Source: Antechinus flavipes (Eukaryota). From it: a stretch of DNA of 64,000 nucleotides. A program made the position numbers and the translations under genes. The stretch is from NCBI RefSeq assembly GCF_016432865.1, contig NC_067402.1, positions 111,042,001 to 111,106,000 on the forward strand, given 5' to 3'. The notes under the pieces were generated by a model. The model saw only the letters and a program-made list of their open reading frames with translations. It ran no database searches and had not been told where the DNA came from. Positions within the stretch are counted from its first letter, which is position 1. Every line of letters starts with the position of its first letter. This document shows positions 23,964 through 37,942 of the stretch, in pieces.

Positions 23964-24200
23964 CAGCTAGGTTAGAGTACTAGCTTAGAGCCAGGAAACT
24001 CATCTTCTCGAGTTCAAATCTGGCTTCCAACAATTACTTTCTAGAGGTGTGATTCTGGGCATGTCACCTAATCCTGTTTGCCTCAGTTTCTTCATTTGTA
24101 AAATGAGCTGGAGAAGGAAATGGCAAATAAGTCCAGTATCTTTGCCTAAGAAAACCACAAATGGAGCCATAAAGAATCACATATGACTGAATAACAATAA
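23964..24200 (+). mobile_element. MAR1-like SINE
   Basis: gcagctaggttagag...ctggagaaggaaatggcaaataagtccagtatctttgcctaagaaaacc...tgactgaataacaa. Confidence 0.8.
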
Positions 24201-26734
24201 TGAAAGAATGGTCCTGGGAGATGATCAGCATTGAGGGGACATCCATGAAAACATTTGTTCCTAAGCATTTGTTGGAGTGAGGCAATCATCCTCAATCCTA
24301 CAAAAGAACAATCGGAAACTAGGATTTTAGATTTGAGAGAGATCTTAGATTAGAGTTAATTCCTCATTTTATAAAGAAACCTGGACCCTGGGGGTGAAGT
24401 GATTTGCTTAGAGTTCTAAAGCAAGATTCCTGTCTCCTTCCATTGTATCTTCTTGTTGATCACAGATCCCCAGGAGTCATCTAGATTCACTTGACCAACT
24501 CGGTCTGATGCACAGCTGATATCTTTCTTAATACCAATAGTTAATATGTAAAGAAATTGCTCCTGATTTCCCGCAGCACTGAGGGGCTGCTATGTCACTC
24601 AGGTCCCTTTTCCATCTGGTCAAACAGCAGGCTAGGAAAACAGAATGAGAGCAAGAGTTAGCTTTGCCTTACAGATCAGTTAAAAAAAAAATCAATAGCC
24701 TGCAGAAAAGAATGCTTCTAACAGAAGGCTATAAAAGCAAAACTTTCTGTAGCCTTCCCTTGCCCAACCAATATCACAGGAATGACACATGCCCTGAGAT
24801 TAGGAGAGGGAGAAGGGATGGGGGGAGGATTTTATTTTCTATTTTAATAAAAATCCTTTCCCTTAGTCCAATTTTCCGAGAATTACCAAATGTTAGCGCT
24901 AGAAAGGACTTCAGAGGTCACTTTGTGCATCCCTCCCCTCCATGTTATACAAATGGTACCTAAAGAGATCAAATAACTAGCCCAAGATCACAGAGTAAAT
25001 AAATAGCAAAGAGGGGACTTGAACTCATTTCTGCTGTTCCCATTCCTTCTTCATCCTGAATCATTTGTTTAGGGCCTCTTTGCCCAGGCCCAAGCGAGCT
25101 CTTGGCCAAATCACTGGTCAGCTCCACATAATCTGCTTGCCTTTGCCACTCTCTCCGGCTTGCTCATCTCTCCGAGAAAATGCTGCATTGCACCAGAAGC
25201 AAAGGGAGAGGCTGGTTTGCAGCTTAGCTGGGCAACCTGCTGCCAATCTCTCATGATTAAAAGCATGCAGAATAAAACAAAACAGAGGTAGAGAAGAGAG
25301 GCTTGGGGTGGCTCATAACATTTCCCAGGAGCTGTGGCTTTTCACAGTAGCTTGGCCCACTGTAGCAGCTGGTGGTGGGTGGGTTTCCTCTCCCTCAGTA
25401 GGATTCTCGACAAAGGACCTTAGACAAATGTTTCACTTTGCCTCTGGCCCCAAAGTTTTTTGATTCTTTCTCCTTTCATTCTTTCTCCAGCTCTCTGTGT
25501 TATTTACTAACCTCCACCTTCTTGGGGCTTTATGAGGGAAGAAAGGCCATATTGCAAGACATGGTAAAATGGAGTCATTAGACATGAGTAGGGGACCAAC
25601 TGCCATGACCGCTTCATCTGATTCCTGGTGTTTTAACTTCTCTGTTTCTTTGGTCAACTAAACTCCCTCTTCACCTCATTTCAAAGGTGAATTGTCTATA
25701 TTCAAATACATTCTGGCAGGCCTCTGTGCATGGGGGAAAGAGCAGTGGTCTGAGAGTCTAAAGATTTGAGTTCTAATCTAAGAGAGTTCTGATGTGGATT
25801 CACTGTGTGTGACCTCAGGTGAGACATTTAATCCCTTTTTACTTCAAAAGCCACCTGATCTTCAAAGTAGTGATAAGGCTCCCCTCTTTTCCCCTTCTTT
25901 CAGAAATACTGGGAAAAGGTAGGAGAGAATTCATGGAACATTTTCAGCTCTTCAGAACAAAGGTAATATATAAGGCTAGTGTATCTCTCTCTCTTTTATT
26001 TGAAAGTGTGCTTAACAGGGAAATGAATATCTCATGCAGCCTCAGGCAACCACGGTCAACCATGGGCAGCCAAAAGCTAGTCAGAGTCAGTCATTGGTAG
26101 CCAGAGCCAACCACGGTCAGCCACACAATAGCCACAGTCTGCCCATGTCAGAAGTTATCCCCATGGGATAAAGACAGACGTTGTAGTGATGATGGTCGTA
26201 TATTGGTGATGGGGAGGGAAGATCCCTACCATTTGAGGGATGATAGAAGAAAGGGTTAAAACGAGCCATGGAAAGGAGAGATGGCTTGTGTAGGGACACA
26301 CACAGATTCTATCTGGGCTGGATCCTGGTTTTTGGAGAGACCAAAATCCTTCTGACCATCCCCTGCTTTTGGATTTCTAGAACTGACTTCCTAGTCAATC
26401 TTACAGTGGCTATGGGGCTTTTAAGAAATAGAAAAGGACAATGGGAAACTTTTATGTTTCATGTAGCTGATCATAAACAAGGTAATATACTGAGGGAAAG
26501 TTGTCTAGATTTTTGTAGGAAGATCTTACAGGAAGGAAAAATTAGATAGTGTGCCTGGAATTTGGAATGAATCTTTTTGTTTCTGTATCATTTTCACTCC
26601 TCATTTCCCTACTCTGTCCCTCTCCCCCATCCTTGATGGTTTTCTTGATTGGGTGGCAGATGCCTGGGCTAGTTTTATAAATCCCTAGAAAGGAAGATTT
26701 CATATTTCATATCAATTAACAGATTCCCCAAAGG

Positions 26735-26900
26735 TGAAACATGGGCATCTGATGCCTGAAGCTGAATCTCTCTTTTCTAGCTGTGTGACTCTGGTCAAGT
26801 CCATCTATAAAATGAGCTGGAGAAGGAAATGCAAGCCACGTCAGTATGTTGCCAAGAAAATCCCAAGTGGGGCTGTGAAAAGTTGTATACAACCAAAATA
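26735..26900 (+). mobile_element. MAR1-like SINE (internally deleted)
   Basis: agctgtgtgactctggtcaagt...gagctggagaaggaaatgcaagccacgtcagtatgttgccaagaaaatcccaa. Confidence 0.7.
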
Positions 26901-27059
26901 ATCCCAAGAGCTACTGTAAACTAAAGTTCTTTGAGATGTGTCGGGAAGCTTTGTGTTATTTGAATGGAAGTTACAAGCCAGGGAGGTTTGTATGGAAATG
27001 GGAAATATGCTACCACGGGTATCACCCAAATGGTAGTTTTAGGTGATGTAATCTGTCTC

Positions 27060-27310
27060 CTAAAAGCTTGAAGTAGTTTGGGGGTTTAGTGGATTATAAG
27101 CTTATTACCAGTTAAAAATGTGATATAGCCAGCAAAAAAGCTAATGTAATCCTGAGCTACACTGAAAGAAGCATGAGTTCCAGGAATAAGGAAGTGATTA
27201 ACCCTCTGTACCTTTTTCTGATTGAATCATACTTGGGGTATTGTATTCATTCCTGGGTTCCACACTTTAAGAAAGATATTGATAACCTGGCCAGCATCCA
27301 GAATAGGAAC
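27060..27310 (+). mobile_element. CR1/L3 ORF2 (RT C-terminal region) fragment
   Basis: Translation YLGYCIHSWVPHFKKDIDNLASIQ resembles CR1 LEYCVQFWAPHFKKDIDKLERVQ. Preceded by gcaaaaaagctaatgtaatcctgagctac. Confidence 0.8.
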
Positions 27311-27604
27311 TTGAGTCCATTTTATATGAGAATGTGCCCTTTTGCATTAGCAAAGGCAGTTTACTTTTTAGAGTTCTTTTTGCTGATGGTGGTGGTGGGG
27401 AACATATATACATATATGTATAAATACATGTATACACATAATTACATATACAATATATCTCTTTTTGTCTATCTCCTTATTTATTTAACTATCTTCTTAT
27501 CTACCTTTAATTGATATAATTATCTATCTATTGATTTATCTACTTATCTACTCATCTATCTACTTATCAATCTGTCTGTCTACTAATCCATCCATCTACC
27601 CATT

Positions 27605-27744
27605 NNNNNNNNNNNNNNNNNNNNNNNNNNNNNNNNNNNNNNNNNNNNNNNNNNNNNNNNNNNNNNNNNNNNNNNNNNNNNNNNNNNNNNNNNNNNNNNN
27701 NNNNNNNNNNNNNNNNNNNNNNNNNNNNNNNNNNNNNNNNNNNN
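27605..27744. other. Assembly gap (140 N) adjoining a (TCTA)n-type microsatellite
   Basis: Run of N; the left flank 27470-27604 is degenerate tcta/tcca repeat. Confidence 0.99.
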
Positions 27745-30700
27745 GATGGAGCTGTATTCTCTCCTTCTATGAACTTAAATTAGTGCTTGTGCAACCTGAA
27801 TGACCCAGAGAGTACGTCACAGTTTCTTTTTCTAGAGATGACATACGTCAATCAACAAACACCAGGTAAGCACCTACTGTGCGCCAGGCACTGGGCTACG
27901 GTACTTTATTACACGTAAAATGGATGACAAATGTCTGTACTTCCTTACTGTAGACAATTATGGACCCAGGACTGGCTACCAGCACCAGGGCATAGAAGAG
28001 CTAGGAAGGGATAGTTCTGGGATGTGGGTATGGCCATCAGTCAAGGCTTAGAGTCTAAGCACAAGGGACCAGCTTTCAGAAGAGCTCGCTGACTGTGGTT
28101 GATGATCTTCCCTCAGGCTAAGGTCACTCTCAGGGAGCCACATGACTATAAGTTCCAAGTCTAAATTCCACACTTGACCCAAGTAGATTCTAGTCTGTGC
28201 ACTATTTCTCATGCCTCTGTTGATTTGTCTGTAAAATGGGGGCAGTGCTATAATACCCACTGACCATTTCTTCTCACTGCCCCCAGTTAGAGGCTGTGAT
28301 TTGCATCCCTTGCAAAACCACCTGGTGACAGGACTCGGTTCCCCCCTCTCCTTCCGAGGTTGTGCTTCTCTTGAGCACAACTATGTACATGCAACGCTTT
28401 TCATCTTTCCTCAGCTTCACCCTCAATCACCCACAGTTATTCTTTTTCCAAAGTGCCTACAATTTGTCTTCATTTTTCTGGAACTTGAAGTGGCAACAGC
28501 AAAGCTGTGTTCCAGGTGGGCTTTTATTCAAGCCTTTTGAGCCAGGAGCTGATCCTCTCTCCTTGTACATTCTGGGGGTCAGGCTCTTGGCAGAGCCCTG
28601 TGGCCAGCGTGGCGGTCCTCCTGCTTGAGAGAGATGTGGAGAGCTTAGGAGGACCCAGGGGAGAGCAATTCAAATAATGAAGGGGTTAGGAAATTGACCC
28701 GAGGTGGAAAGCTTAAAGAAATTGGAATTATCTAGCCTGGGGATTATTAAATCAAGAGTGGACTTGAAAATAAGCCCTCGTATCAATAGAGGCAGATCTG
28801 GGAGGACAGTGACAGAATTTTGTTTGTCTTCCTCTTGAGGATGGCCCAGAGGAAATGTATATGGGTAATATGGTCAGTCCATTTTCGAGGCGGGACCCAG
28901 TCTTAGAGATTTTCCTGAAGCACTGAGAGGTTAAGGGTCACACAGTCAGGATGTGTCAGAGGACTTAAATCTGAGTCAGTCATCCTAATTCAAGGTCAGC
29001 TCGCTAACAACTCTATAATACTAGCTCTCTGTTTACCATCTATGCAGGGATTACTCCCCAGAGTCAGCATGACTTAATGGCTTAATCGGGAAGACAAGTT
29101 CAAGTACTGCCTCTGACAAATACTGGCTGTGTGACACAGAGTCATAGTTGGAGTCTCTTTTTCTGTTGAGACAAAGAATTGAATTTCCACTTCCCTTTCA
29201 TTTACAGAGACTAAAAATTTTCCCTGAGTCAGAGCAGGATAGTGGTGACAGACTTAGTTTGGAATTGAGGAACATTTCTAATGTTTTATTCTGGACTCAT
29301 CTCTGAGGATACATTAGATAAAGTCTCTAAATCTCTGAGGAGCCACAGTCTGTCCATCTGTGAAAGACAAATAATCACACTTGCCCTACCTATCTCATAT
29401 GGGAAGATGCTTACATCCCTAGAAAAAGACCGCAGAAACACATAATGATGCACAAAAGTCTACCCTGATGCTGTTCCCATGCTCCATGGCTTGGGATAGA
29501 GGACAACGTGGTACGATGAAAAGCTCATTGCATTTGGGGATCAAAGATCTTGGGTTCCTTTTACTATCTGTGACCTTGCAAAAATCTCCACCTGCTATTT
29601 CTTCCCTCATCAGTTCTGTTGAGGACATCAGTCTTTCTAGTCAGCTAGGTTCCTAACCTTGGAGTCATCTGCAATTCTTCCCTCTAATCTAATCAGTTGG
29701 CCATTCTACACCTGGAGAAATACCTTTCATCTTCCTAGAGGGGAACTTGAAGTCCATCTGGTCTCATCTCTTCCCTGATAGATGTGGACACTGAGTTCTA
29801 GGCGAGAGTAAGTCACTTGCAGTTACACAAGTGCTAGATTTAAGCTAGATCCTCCAAAAGTAGAGCCAGTGAGCAGTTTCTCCGTGACATCACGTTTCTC
29901 TCCATTCATATTACCTAGTTGAGGTCCTCATCACTTCTCAAATGGACTATTGAAATCAATTTCTATTAGTCTCCCTCTTTCCAGTCCCTCCCTTCTTCAG
30001 TCATCCACTACCTAAATGCTAGATTAGCACTCCTAAGGAACCTGCCTGACCATACCCTTCTCCTGCCCATGACATTGCAGAGACTCCCCTTTGCCTCTGG
30101 GCAAACTCAAAAACTGCAGCTACTCCAGCTTCTGCCTCCTTCTTTAGGCTGTTGTTCTGATGCACCCCATGGGCCAGCCAGACCCATTTACTTGCTGCTG
30201 ATTCTTTATTCTCAACATTTGATTTCCCCTCCCCCAGGCTTTGCACAGTCTTCACGTGTCCCCTCATGTTTTAAATTCACTCCCACGTTGATTCATACTC
30301 CATAGCATCTTTCAGAACTCTGCTTAGTACCACCTTCTCCAGGCACCCGAACCTGATTTCTCCCAGTATCTCTCACTCTCTGCCTGGAAATTACTTTGCA
30401 AATACTTTATATTTAATTTTCTGGACATTACTTGTTTTCCTCCTATAGAATAGAATCTCTTTAAGGGTAGGGACTGTATGTGTTGCATAGCATGTTTGAA
30501 TATATATTTGCTGAATGAGAGGGTGATCTCTAAGATGTTTTCCAGCTTGAAATCCTTCTGTCTAACGATCCTTATATTTTGTCTTACTCTAATTAAAGAT
30601 GATAATGAACCATTTTACTCTTCTGAGGATGAAGTCCATCTTTTGGGATACGGAGAACAACTTGGCTATGTCCCAGGGTTTTCTATGACTCCCCTTTCTT

Positions 30701-31739
30701 TCTTCACCCCCTCCAACCTCAGTGCTGTTCTCGGCACTTTGGTGGGAGTGAGATGCTCCATTATGGGAGTCTGGTTGCCTCTCAGTGAGGGAGGGGCAGC
30801 AGACTGGGAAAGGATGAATGAGAAATGGCACCTTAAGAGGCAATACCATCTCCTGCTGAGCTGATAAACACAGAGGAGACATTTCCACTGAGTGCACCGC
30901 AACTGATCCTGAAATCACTGAGAGTACCCAGGGGGAGGGGGAAGCTCTCAGAGTGGCCGGGGAGAAAGGGAGAGAGAGCATCATGTCTCAATGGGAAAGC
31001 CTCAACATTTCCTCTTTGGTTTGACTTCCATTAGGTATGTCAGAAACAAAGTCGTTCAGCAAAGAGTGTGTTGGGGGTGGATGGGATGAGGGAGTGGAGG
31101 AAAGGAGGAAATCAATTGGTTTTCATATCTATTGATTTTCTTCAATGAATCACTGTGGAAATGGAGAAGGAAGGGAAAGGAGGAGAAAGAAAAGATTTCA
31201 GGGTGAGTTAGTGGTAGGGGGAGGGGAGTGATGACAGGTCATTCAATCTGAGGTTCAAATCCAGGATAAGTAGCAGTGTCGGCTGATTCCGAATTAACCC
31301 TTGGGAGCATAGGAAGGGCAGCAGAGTCTGTTTTCTGAAGAGATCCCTTTGGTGAGAGAAGGATTGTGTAGAACTCTATGCATGGATTAATTGGAGAGTC
31401 ACGTTGCCATTCCTTCTTCTGGGAAGGATGACATAGACCACGAGGATACCCAGACTAGACTCTGGTTACTTCACGCCCTCCAAACCCCTGTTAGTTTAAC
31501 ACAACTAACACAAATCACAGGCCATGGAGTGTTAGAGCTGGAAAGGCTCATTCATCAAATCAAAGAATGCTTGCTGTAGCTCAAGGCACAAAGTCAAAGA
31601 ATGGTGTCACATCTTGTGGCTCTTTGGTGAGAAAGTAGAGGTTAATAGCCAGGCAGAGTGAGGAGAATGGCCAGTGGCCGGTGAATGGTGGTGTTGCTTT
31701 GGTTAACTACTCAGGGAATTAAGGAAGAACAGCTGGGGG

Positions 31740-31870
31740 TGGACAGGTTAAGCCTGTCCCATCGAGGGATGGTTTGTAAGCATTTAAAAAACAAAGTCAG
31801 GTGCACTATCATCCAGCATGGCTCTGTCAAGAATAGATCTTATTTGACAGGGTTACTGGATGGTATGTTA
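31740..31870 (+). mobile_element. CR1/L3 RT fragment
   Basis: atccagcatggctctgtcaagaatagatc...tttgacagggttactgga (QHGSVKNRS, matching the CR1 QHGFVKNRS motif). Confidence 0.65.
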
Positions 31871-31887
31871 AGAGCATACTATGGCTA

Positions 31888-32075
31888 TGTTGTTATTTAT
31901 TAATTTTTTCACTCATGTCTGACTCTTTGTGATCCATTTGGAGTCACAGATACTAGAGTGGTTTTGCCATTTCCTTCTCCAGCTCATGTTACAGATGAGG
32001 AACTGAGGTGAAGGGATTAAGTGACTTGCCCAGGGTCATTAAACTGATAAATATCTGAGGCTGGATTTGAATGTA
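31888..32075 (-). mobile_element. MAR1-like SINE
   Basis: gtctgactctttgtgatccatttggag...gatactagagtggttttgccatttccttctccagctcat. Confidence 0.8.
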
Positions 32076-33339
32076 CTCAGTAAGAAAACAAGAAATTGTA
32101 TCTGAGCCAAGAAATCCCCCCACCCCCATCCCCTCCATCCCCCTACTCACTTTGGTCCTGAATAGTTCTTGTGCCTTACAGCAGTGAATCGGATGGATTT
32201 CCAGAAGACAAGAAGGAATTGTGCTTCTTTCTTTCAAATGAGTGCTCAATTGCCAGAATATCCTCCAAGACATTCTGTGAAGCCCTGGGAGGTGCAGTAG
32301 ATAGGTGTATAGAGTACAAGGCGTGGAGTCAGGAAGACCTATATTCAAATTTGGCTTTAGACACTAGCTGTGAGGCCCTGGGCAAGTCAGTTAACCTCAG
32401 ATTTCTCAAGTATAAAATTTCTCAAGGATAACAAAAGCACTTACTTCTCAAGGTTGTTGTGAAGGACAAATGAAATAATATTTGTCCAGCACTTAGCACA
32501 TATTAGCACTTAATTAATGCCCATCCTTCCTCTCTCCTTCTGTCTCCTCCCCTGCACGAATCATATTCAGATCCAAATTCAGGTGTCTATATATGAATGT
32601 ATATATGTATAAATGCATCTACAGAAAGCAGCATACATAAATGCTAGCCATTATATTTATTAAGTTGGTCTGTTAGCTCTCTACTGCATTCTTCCCTGTA
32701 AGCGTCCCTGCTTCCCATGCTCTCTTCTGAATTATTTTTCACTAAATTCTACTCTAGTCCCCATTATCTGGCAATTAATGCCAGTTCCTCGGTGGTTTAC
32801 TATAACTTCAGCTGCCCAACATTACAGTTGTTCTATGTCTCCGGGACCAGAATGGCTCTGAGCTAGTTACAGTCTCTGTTGTTTAAATGAGTCCCTCAAT
32901 ATGCCTCTTCATAGAAAGGCTCTCCTCAGATGGGTCTTGGGTCCCTCCAATGAATTTCTCTTTTTTACTCTGGGTCAGTTTAGGATAACTCTCTCCATTT
33001 ACATCTCCACCCTCCCAGTGCCTGGGTTGTTTGCTCCTTCTCAGTCAAAACTCCTCACTGAGTCTTTTTGGGGTTGGAAAGGAGCCCCTAATCTTTTCTC
33101 ATTTTGCCTGTCTTCCATCTTCTGAGAGCATCTGGGCCAGGTTATGCAAATTACCCCCAGGCTGCTACTCCAAGTTCTCCAGAAAGTGAATAGGGGAGGG
33201 ATAGCACTAGATCTTTTAAACAAAAATGCCTGTTCTGAGGGAGTAGAGCCTCGACTAAATAATTAGTAAGTAACGCAGGAGATTTTTGTTTCCTGGTTAT
33301 AGCATAATTAGGATGATTCAAAATTTTTGAATCTGAATG

Positions 33340-34200
33340 ACTAAACCCAAAGAGTATTGATTAGTAGATGAATGATGATTGAGAAGAAAGTTTCTAATAG
33401 CAATTCACAGAGATCTGTCTTCAGCTCTGTTCTGATTGACATTTTTACCAGTGACTTAGATGGAAGCATAAACATCAGGGTCATCAAATTTGCAGATGGC
33501 AGAAACTAGCTAATACATTGAATGACAGAATCAGGAAGCAAAAAGATCATAGAAGACTGCATTAAGGGGATGAAACTAAAAAAGATGAAATATGATAGAG
33601 ATAAATGGGAAATATTTATTTTTGATTAGAAAAATCAGCTCCACAAATCAAGATGGGGGTGATATGGCTAGACAACAGCTGATGTGTAAAAGATCTGGAG
33701 TTTTTAGTAGCTGCACATTTAGGGTAATATGGCAGCCCCCCAAAAGCTAGCACTCACTAAAGCTGTATTGATAGAAGCCCAGTTTTAAAAGGATACTGAC
33801 AAACTAGGGCATGCTAGAGAAGTGGTCAATGCAACAAGGAGACTCAAAATCATTCAAGGATCTGTATTGAAGGTGGAGATGTATAGCCGAAGAAGAGAAG
33901 ACATTGGTGAAGACCTGGCAATTTTCTTCATGTTTTTGAAGGCCTGCTTGTGTGGAAGAAGAATCTGACTTATTCTGTAAGGGAACAATAGGGAGTACGA
34001 GGTAGAAGAGAGCTTCATACAAGGAAAAACTTACTGATAATAATTTGTAATTGAACTGGCTAACTTGGAATAGTCTATCTCAAGAGTTGCTTACTTCCCT
34101 CTTTTTGGAAGGTCATCAAATAGAGACAGGATAACCATTGCAAGAGAGTGTTCATGCTTTGGGTTAGTGTCAGACTAAGTTTTGAAGTCCTTCTTCCCTT
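33340..34200 (+). mobile_element. CR1/L3 ORF2 to 3' end, degraded
   Basis: ctgattgacatttttaccagtgacttagatg...catcaaatttgcagatggcagaaacta...aaaaggatactgacaaactag...gaaggtcatcaaatagagacagg. Confidence 0.75.
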
Positions 34201-35755
34201 TGAGGTGCCATGATTCTAAGAGAAAGACAGATTATCTTGTAGCTAAATTGATTCAGAAACCCTTAATCTGGCTTGTCAGGAATCAAGCAGGGATACTGGA
34301 TGGGCAAGAATAGAGTCTGAACCACTTGCCCAGGGTGACTTCTTTTTAACAGAGAAGTAGGAACACTATTCCTTAGCATGTTAAAAGTCCGAAAGAGCTG
34401 GGTTCAAGTTCTACCCCAATATATAGTAGTTATACAATTTTGCGGAAGTTACTTAACCTCTCAGCCTCTAGGCAATACTTTATGACTATTAATTAGAGAG
34501 AAAGTGCCAAACTCCATTGGTAGAGGGAATTTCCCCACCTGGGAGTTCTCTGTACTAATGAAATCAGTTTCTATCCTTGTCTCTGTAGGAAAATAACTGG
34601 ATCCTGGGGATTTAAGGAAGAGATAGTGTTCAGGGTACAAAATTGCCTGATATTGGGTGAATTAGTAATAGGGTTTTATGTTGTTCTACAAGTTTTATTT
34701 TACTGGTTGAAGACATTAAATATTTTTTCCAGGCTCTGCTTGTTTTCATCCTTCTTTTAGCTGCAGCCTCTCACTCTAGTTTTGATTCTTGGAGGCAAGT
34801 TTATCCTATGTTGAAACCTAGCCTGAGCTCTTTCTCTCATTTTCCTTGGTCCCTTGAGAAACAAGAATTTTTTCTAACCGGGAACATTATTCACCTTTTA
34901 GCCTCTAGTTGAAATACCTCTTCTCTCCTCAGTGCTACTTGAAGCTTGAGTTGAAGACATTCCCAAGCTTATTCCACAGAAATCCCTGAACTAACTGCTC
35001 TTCTGCTCTGAGGACCTTGCTTCTAGCCTCTCATGGTTGTGTCCCTCCCACCATAGGCACCCAATAAATATTATTGAAGGAATAAATCAGTGAGTAATCA
35101 CCTGCTTTGGCTTTTCTTTTCTGGTGGACTGATTTTTTCCTGGTCTCTCCCAACTCCATGAGCTCATCTTGAGTTTTTTTTCCCCTAGGCTTTTTCTTAA
35201 CTGCAAGTCTCAACTCTATAGCCAAGATATTTAACAACCCCACCATCTTGTCATCTTCCTACTCTTTCCTCACCTGTATCAGTACCTTCTAGATCAGAGC
35301 TCCAGAGAGTGCCTTCCTCCCTTGGGTACTTAATATGCACAGTCTTGATTAAGAGCCAACTCACCTAATTCACAGTTGGCACCAGACAATGCTTTATGCC
35401 ATCTACCCTGGATATTTTGACATCTTGCCCTTAACCCACATATGTAGTTGCTAGATCCTGCCATTTTTACCTTATCTCTCGGATATAACCCCTTCTTTCC
35501 TCTCACATAGCTACCACCTTTCCCCCATTCCTTACAAACCTTTCTTTTAGGGGGTCCTATCTCTGGATTGAGATGGATTGGGTTTGGTCCTGGCAGAACC
35601 AAGCTATGAAAGAAACGGGTCAGGTTTTTTCTTATTTCTGAATCATTATATCCCTACCATTCTCTTAAATAAAGCTTAGGTTTGGTTCATGTCTAGGAAT
35701 CCCTCAAAAGGGATTATTAACAGAGTCACTACTAGGAAACCAGGTCAGATACAGG

Positions 35756-35985
35756 ACAGCTGGGGGCAATAGAGAGAGTACAGGATGTGGAGTCTTCCTG
35801 ATTTAAATGCAAATCCAATCTCAGACACTATCTGTGTGACCCTGGGCAAGTCACTTAACCCTGTTTGCCTCAGTTTCCTCATCTGTAAATAACTGAAGAA
35901 GGAAATGGCAAAACACTCCAGCATCTTTGCCAAGAAAATCCCAAATGGGGTCACAGCGAGTTGAATGTGACTGAAAAATGAGCTG
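35756..35985 (+). mobile_element. MAR1-like SINE
   Basis: ctgtgtgaccctgggcaagtcacttaaccctgtttgcctc...gaaggaaatggcaaaacactccagcatctttgccaagaaaatcccaaatggggtcac. Confidence 0.85.
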
Positions 35986-37443
35986 AATTTGTTTCCTCTA
36001 CCACAAAAGAAATGCTTAAACATGAGACTTATGAACACACATTGCTCTGTACAAATGCTTAAAGCATGAACAGTCATTTCCTCTTCATCTACGATGTGCC
36101 ATCTGAACAACTCACTCCTATTCCATATCCTTTGGCAAGCCTGGCATATTTGGCTCATTCTCTGCCAGTGATCATCTCTTCCAAGAAGTTATAGCTTCAG
36201 GGAACATCTCTTATAGGGTATTGGGCCCTGGCTGAAGAACTCAAAAGAATTCTTGCCCTCTCAAACTCATGTGACTGCTGCCAAGGTCAGTCATACCGCC
36301 TCAGAGCTGGTTCACCTGTGCTCAAGGAAAGAAGCAAAAAGTAGAACAAGCAAGCAGGGACTGGAAGCACATTCTCAGCTTTGTCTCACTGACATATGTG
36401 GGCAGTCACCATTAGTGTTGGAAGGGAGCGGGGAACAGAATCCTCTCTCCTCTCTCTCCCCACAAAGTCCAAGGAAGCCCAAATCCAAAGTCACACTTTG
36501 AAAAGAGTAGAAGGGAGGGAGATCAGCAATTGTCTTTCCTTTCAAAGTCTGCTGAGTGGGCAGCTCTTACTGCTCAGTCACTAATCCTCTTAGACATGAG
36601 TCCCAGTTCTGAGTAGGAACCTGGAGAGCTTTATAGCAACAGGAAGTCCCTAGTTCTTGCAGTTTCACAGGATGACCATTGTTCTATTTATATAGTGATT
36701 TAAAGAAGCTGGTTCTGTACCGGAAAATTTGCTTGATTTTGAGCTAGATGACCTAAGTCTAAATTGTCTTTTTTTTTTTTTTTTTTTTTTGCTATTTTTA
36801 TAACCTTACATAAGTTACTTAACTTCTAAGGGTCTCAGTTTTCTCATCTGTAAAATGAAATAATAATAACAATAGTTAATGTTTATATAGTGATTACTAT
36901 ATGTGTGGCTCTAAGCACTTTAGAATGACTATCTCATTTAATCCTGGGACCCCTTTTTACAGAGGTAATAACTGAGACAAACAAAAATCAAATGACTTGC
37001 TTAAAGTCACACAGATAGGAAGTGTCTGAGCCTAGATTTGAACTCTAGACCCAGGGCTCCATTGACTTAGCTCACTGACTTATTCTCTCTATTCCCTCAC
37101 ACACACATATATCTGTTAACTTATACATTGGATGTGGCAGCCACAGTAGATAGTTAATATCACTCATGATGGCTTGCAGATTGAGGCACTTTGCTGTCAA
37201 GCTTTAAGGGTATCACAGTAGGTTTGGGGATAATTTTAACATTATAACCAAAATCTCAGCTTTGGAATGGACCTTAGGGTCATATCATCTAATTTGAGTA
37301 GGAACTCCCTCCACTACATCTGGTAATGAGGGAAAAACCAGCAACCTCTAGTTTTAGTCAAACAAGGACATTCCCTCTAATTGATCATTGACCTCCTGAT
37401 TAAAAGTCCGATTCATTCATTCTGTACATTCAACAAACATTTT

Positions 37444-37879
37444 TTTTATTATAGCTTTTTATTTACAAGATATATGCATGGGTAATTTTTCAGCATTGAC
37501 AATTGCCAAACATTTTATTCCAATTTTTCTCCCTCCTTTCCCCCACCCCCTCCCCTAGATGGCAGGTTGACCAATACATATTAAATATGTTAAAGTATAA
37601 GTTAAATACAATATAAGTGTACATGTCCAAACAGTTATTTTGCTGTACAAAAAGAATTGGACTCTGAAATATTGTACAATTAGCCTGTGAAAGAAATCCA
37701 AAATGCAGGCGGACAAAAATAGAGGGATTGGGAATTCAATGTAATGGTTCTTAGTCATCTCCCAGAGTTCTTTCACTGGCTGTAGCTGGTTCAGTTCATT
37801 CCTGCTCCATTGGAACTGATTTAGTTCGTCTCATTGCTGAAGATGGCCAGGTCCATCAGAATTGGTCATCATATAGTAT
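37444..37879 (-). mobile_element. Younger dasyurid-type L1, 5'-truncated, with TSD
   Basis: Poly(T) then attatagctttttatttacaagatatatgcatggg...cccctagatggcaggttgacc. 15-bp TSD ttcaacaaacatttt at 37429-37443 and 37880-37894. Confidence 0.9.
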
Positions 37880-37942
37880 TTCAACAAACATTTTAAAGTA
37901 CTAACTGTCTTATGCAAGAGAAGCAGCAATATGATGCAGAAT

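Noticed and set aside
25491-25563. Exon candidate with a good acceptor and ATG|gtaaaa donor (SLCYLLTSTFLGLYEGRKAILQDM)
   Set aside because: No recognisable homology, and the phase does not chain with the 17083 candidate; expected by chance in 64 kb.
30723-31034. Segment with a good acceptor and TAG|GTATGT donor
   Set aside because: Stops in all three frames; it could only be non-coding and there is no independent support.
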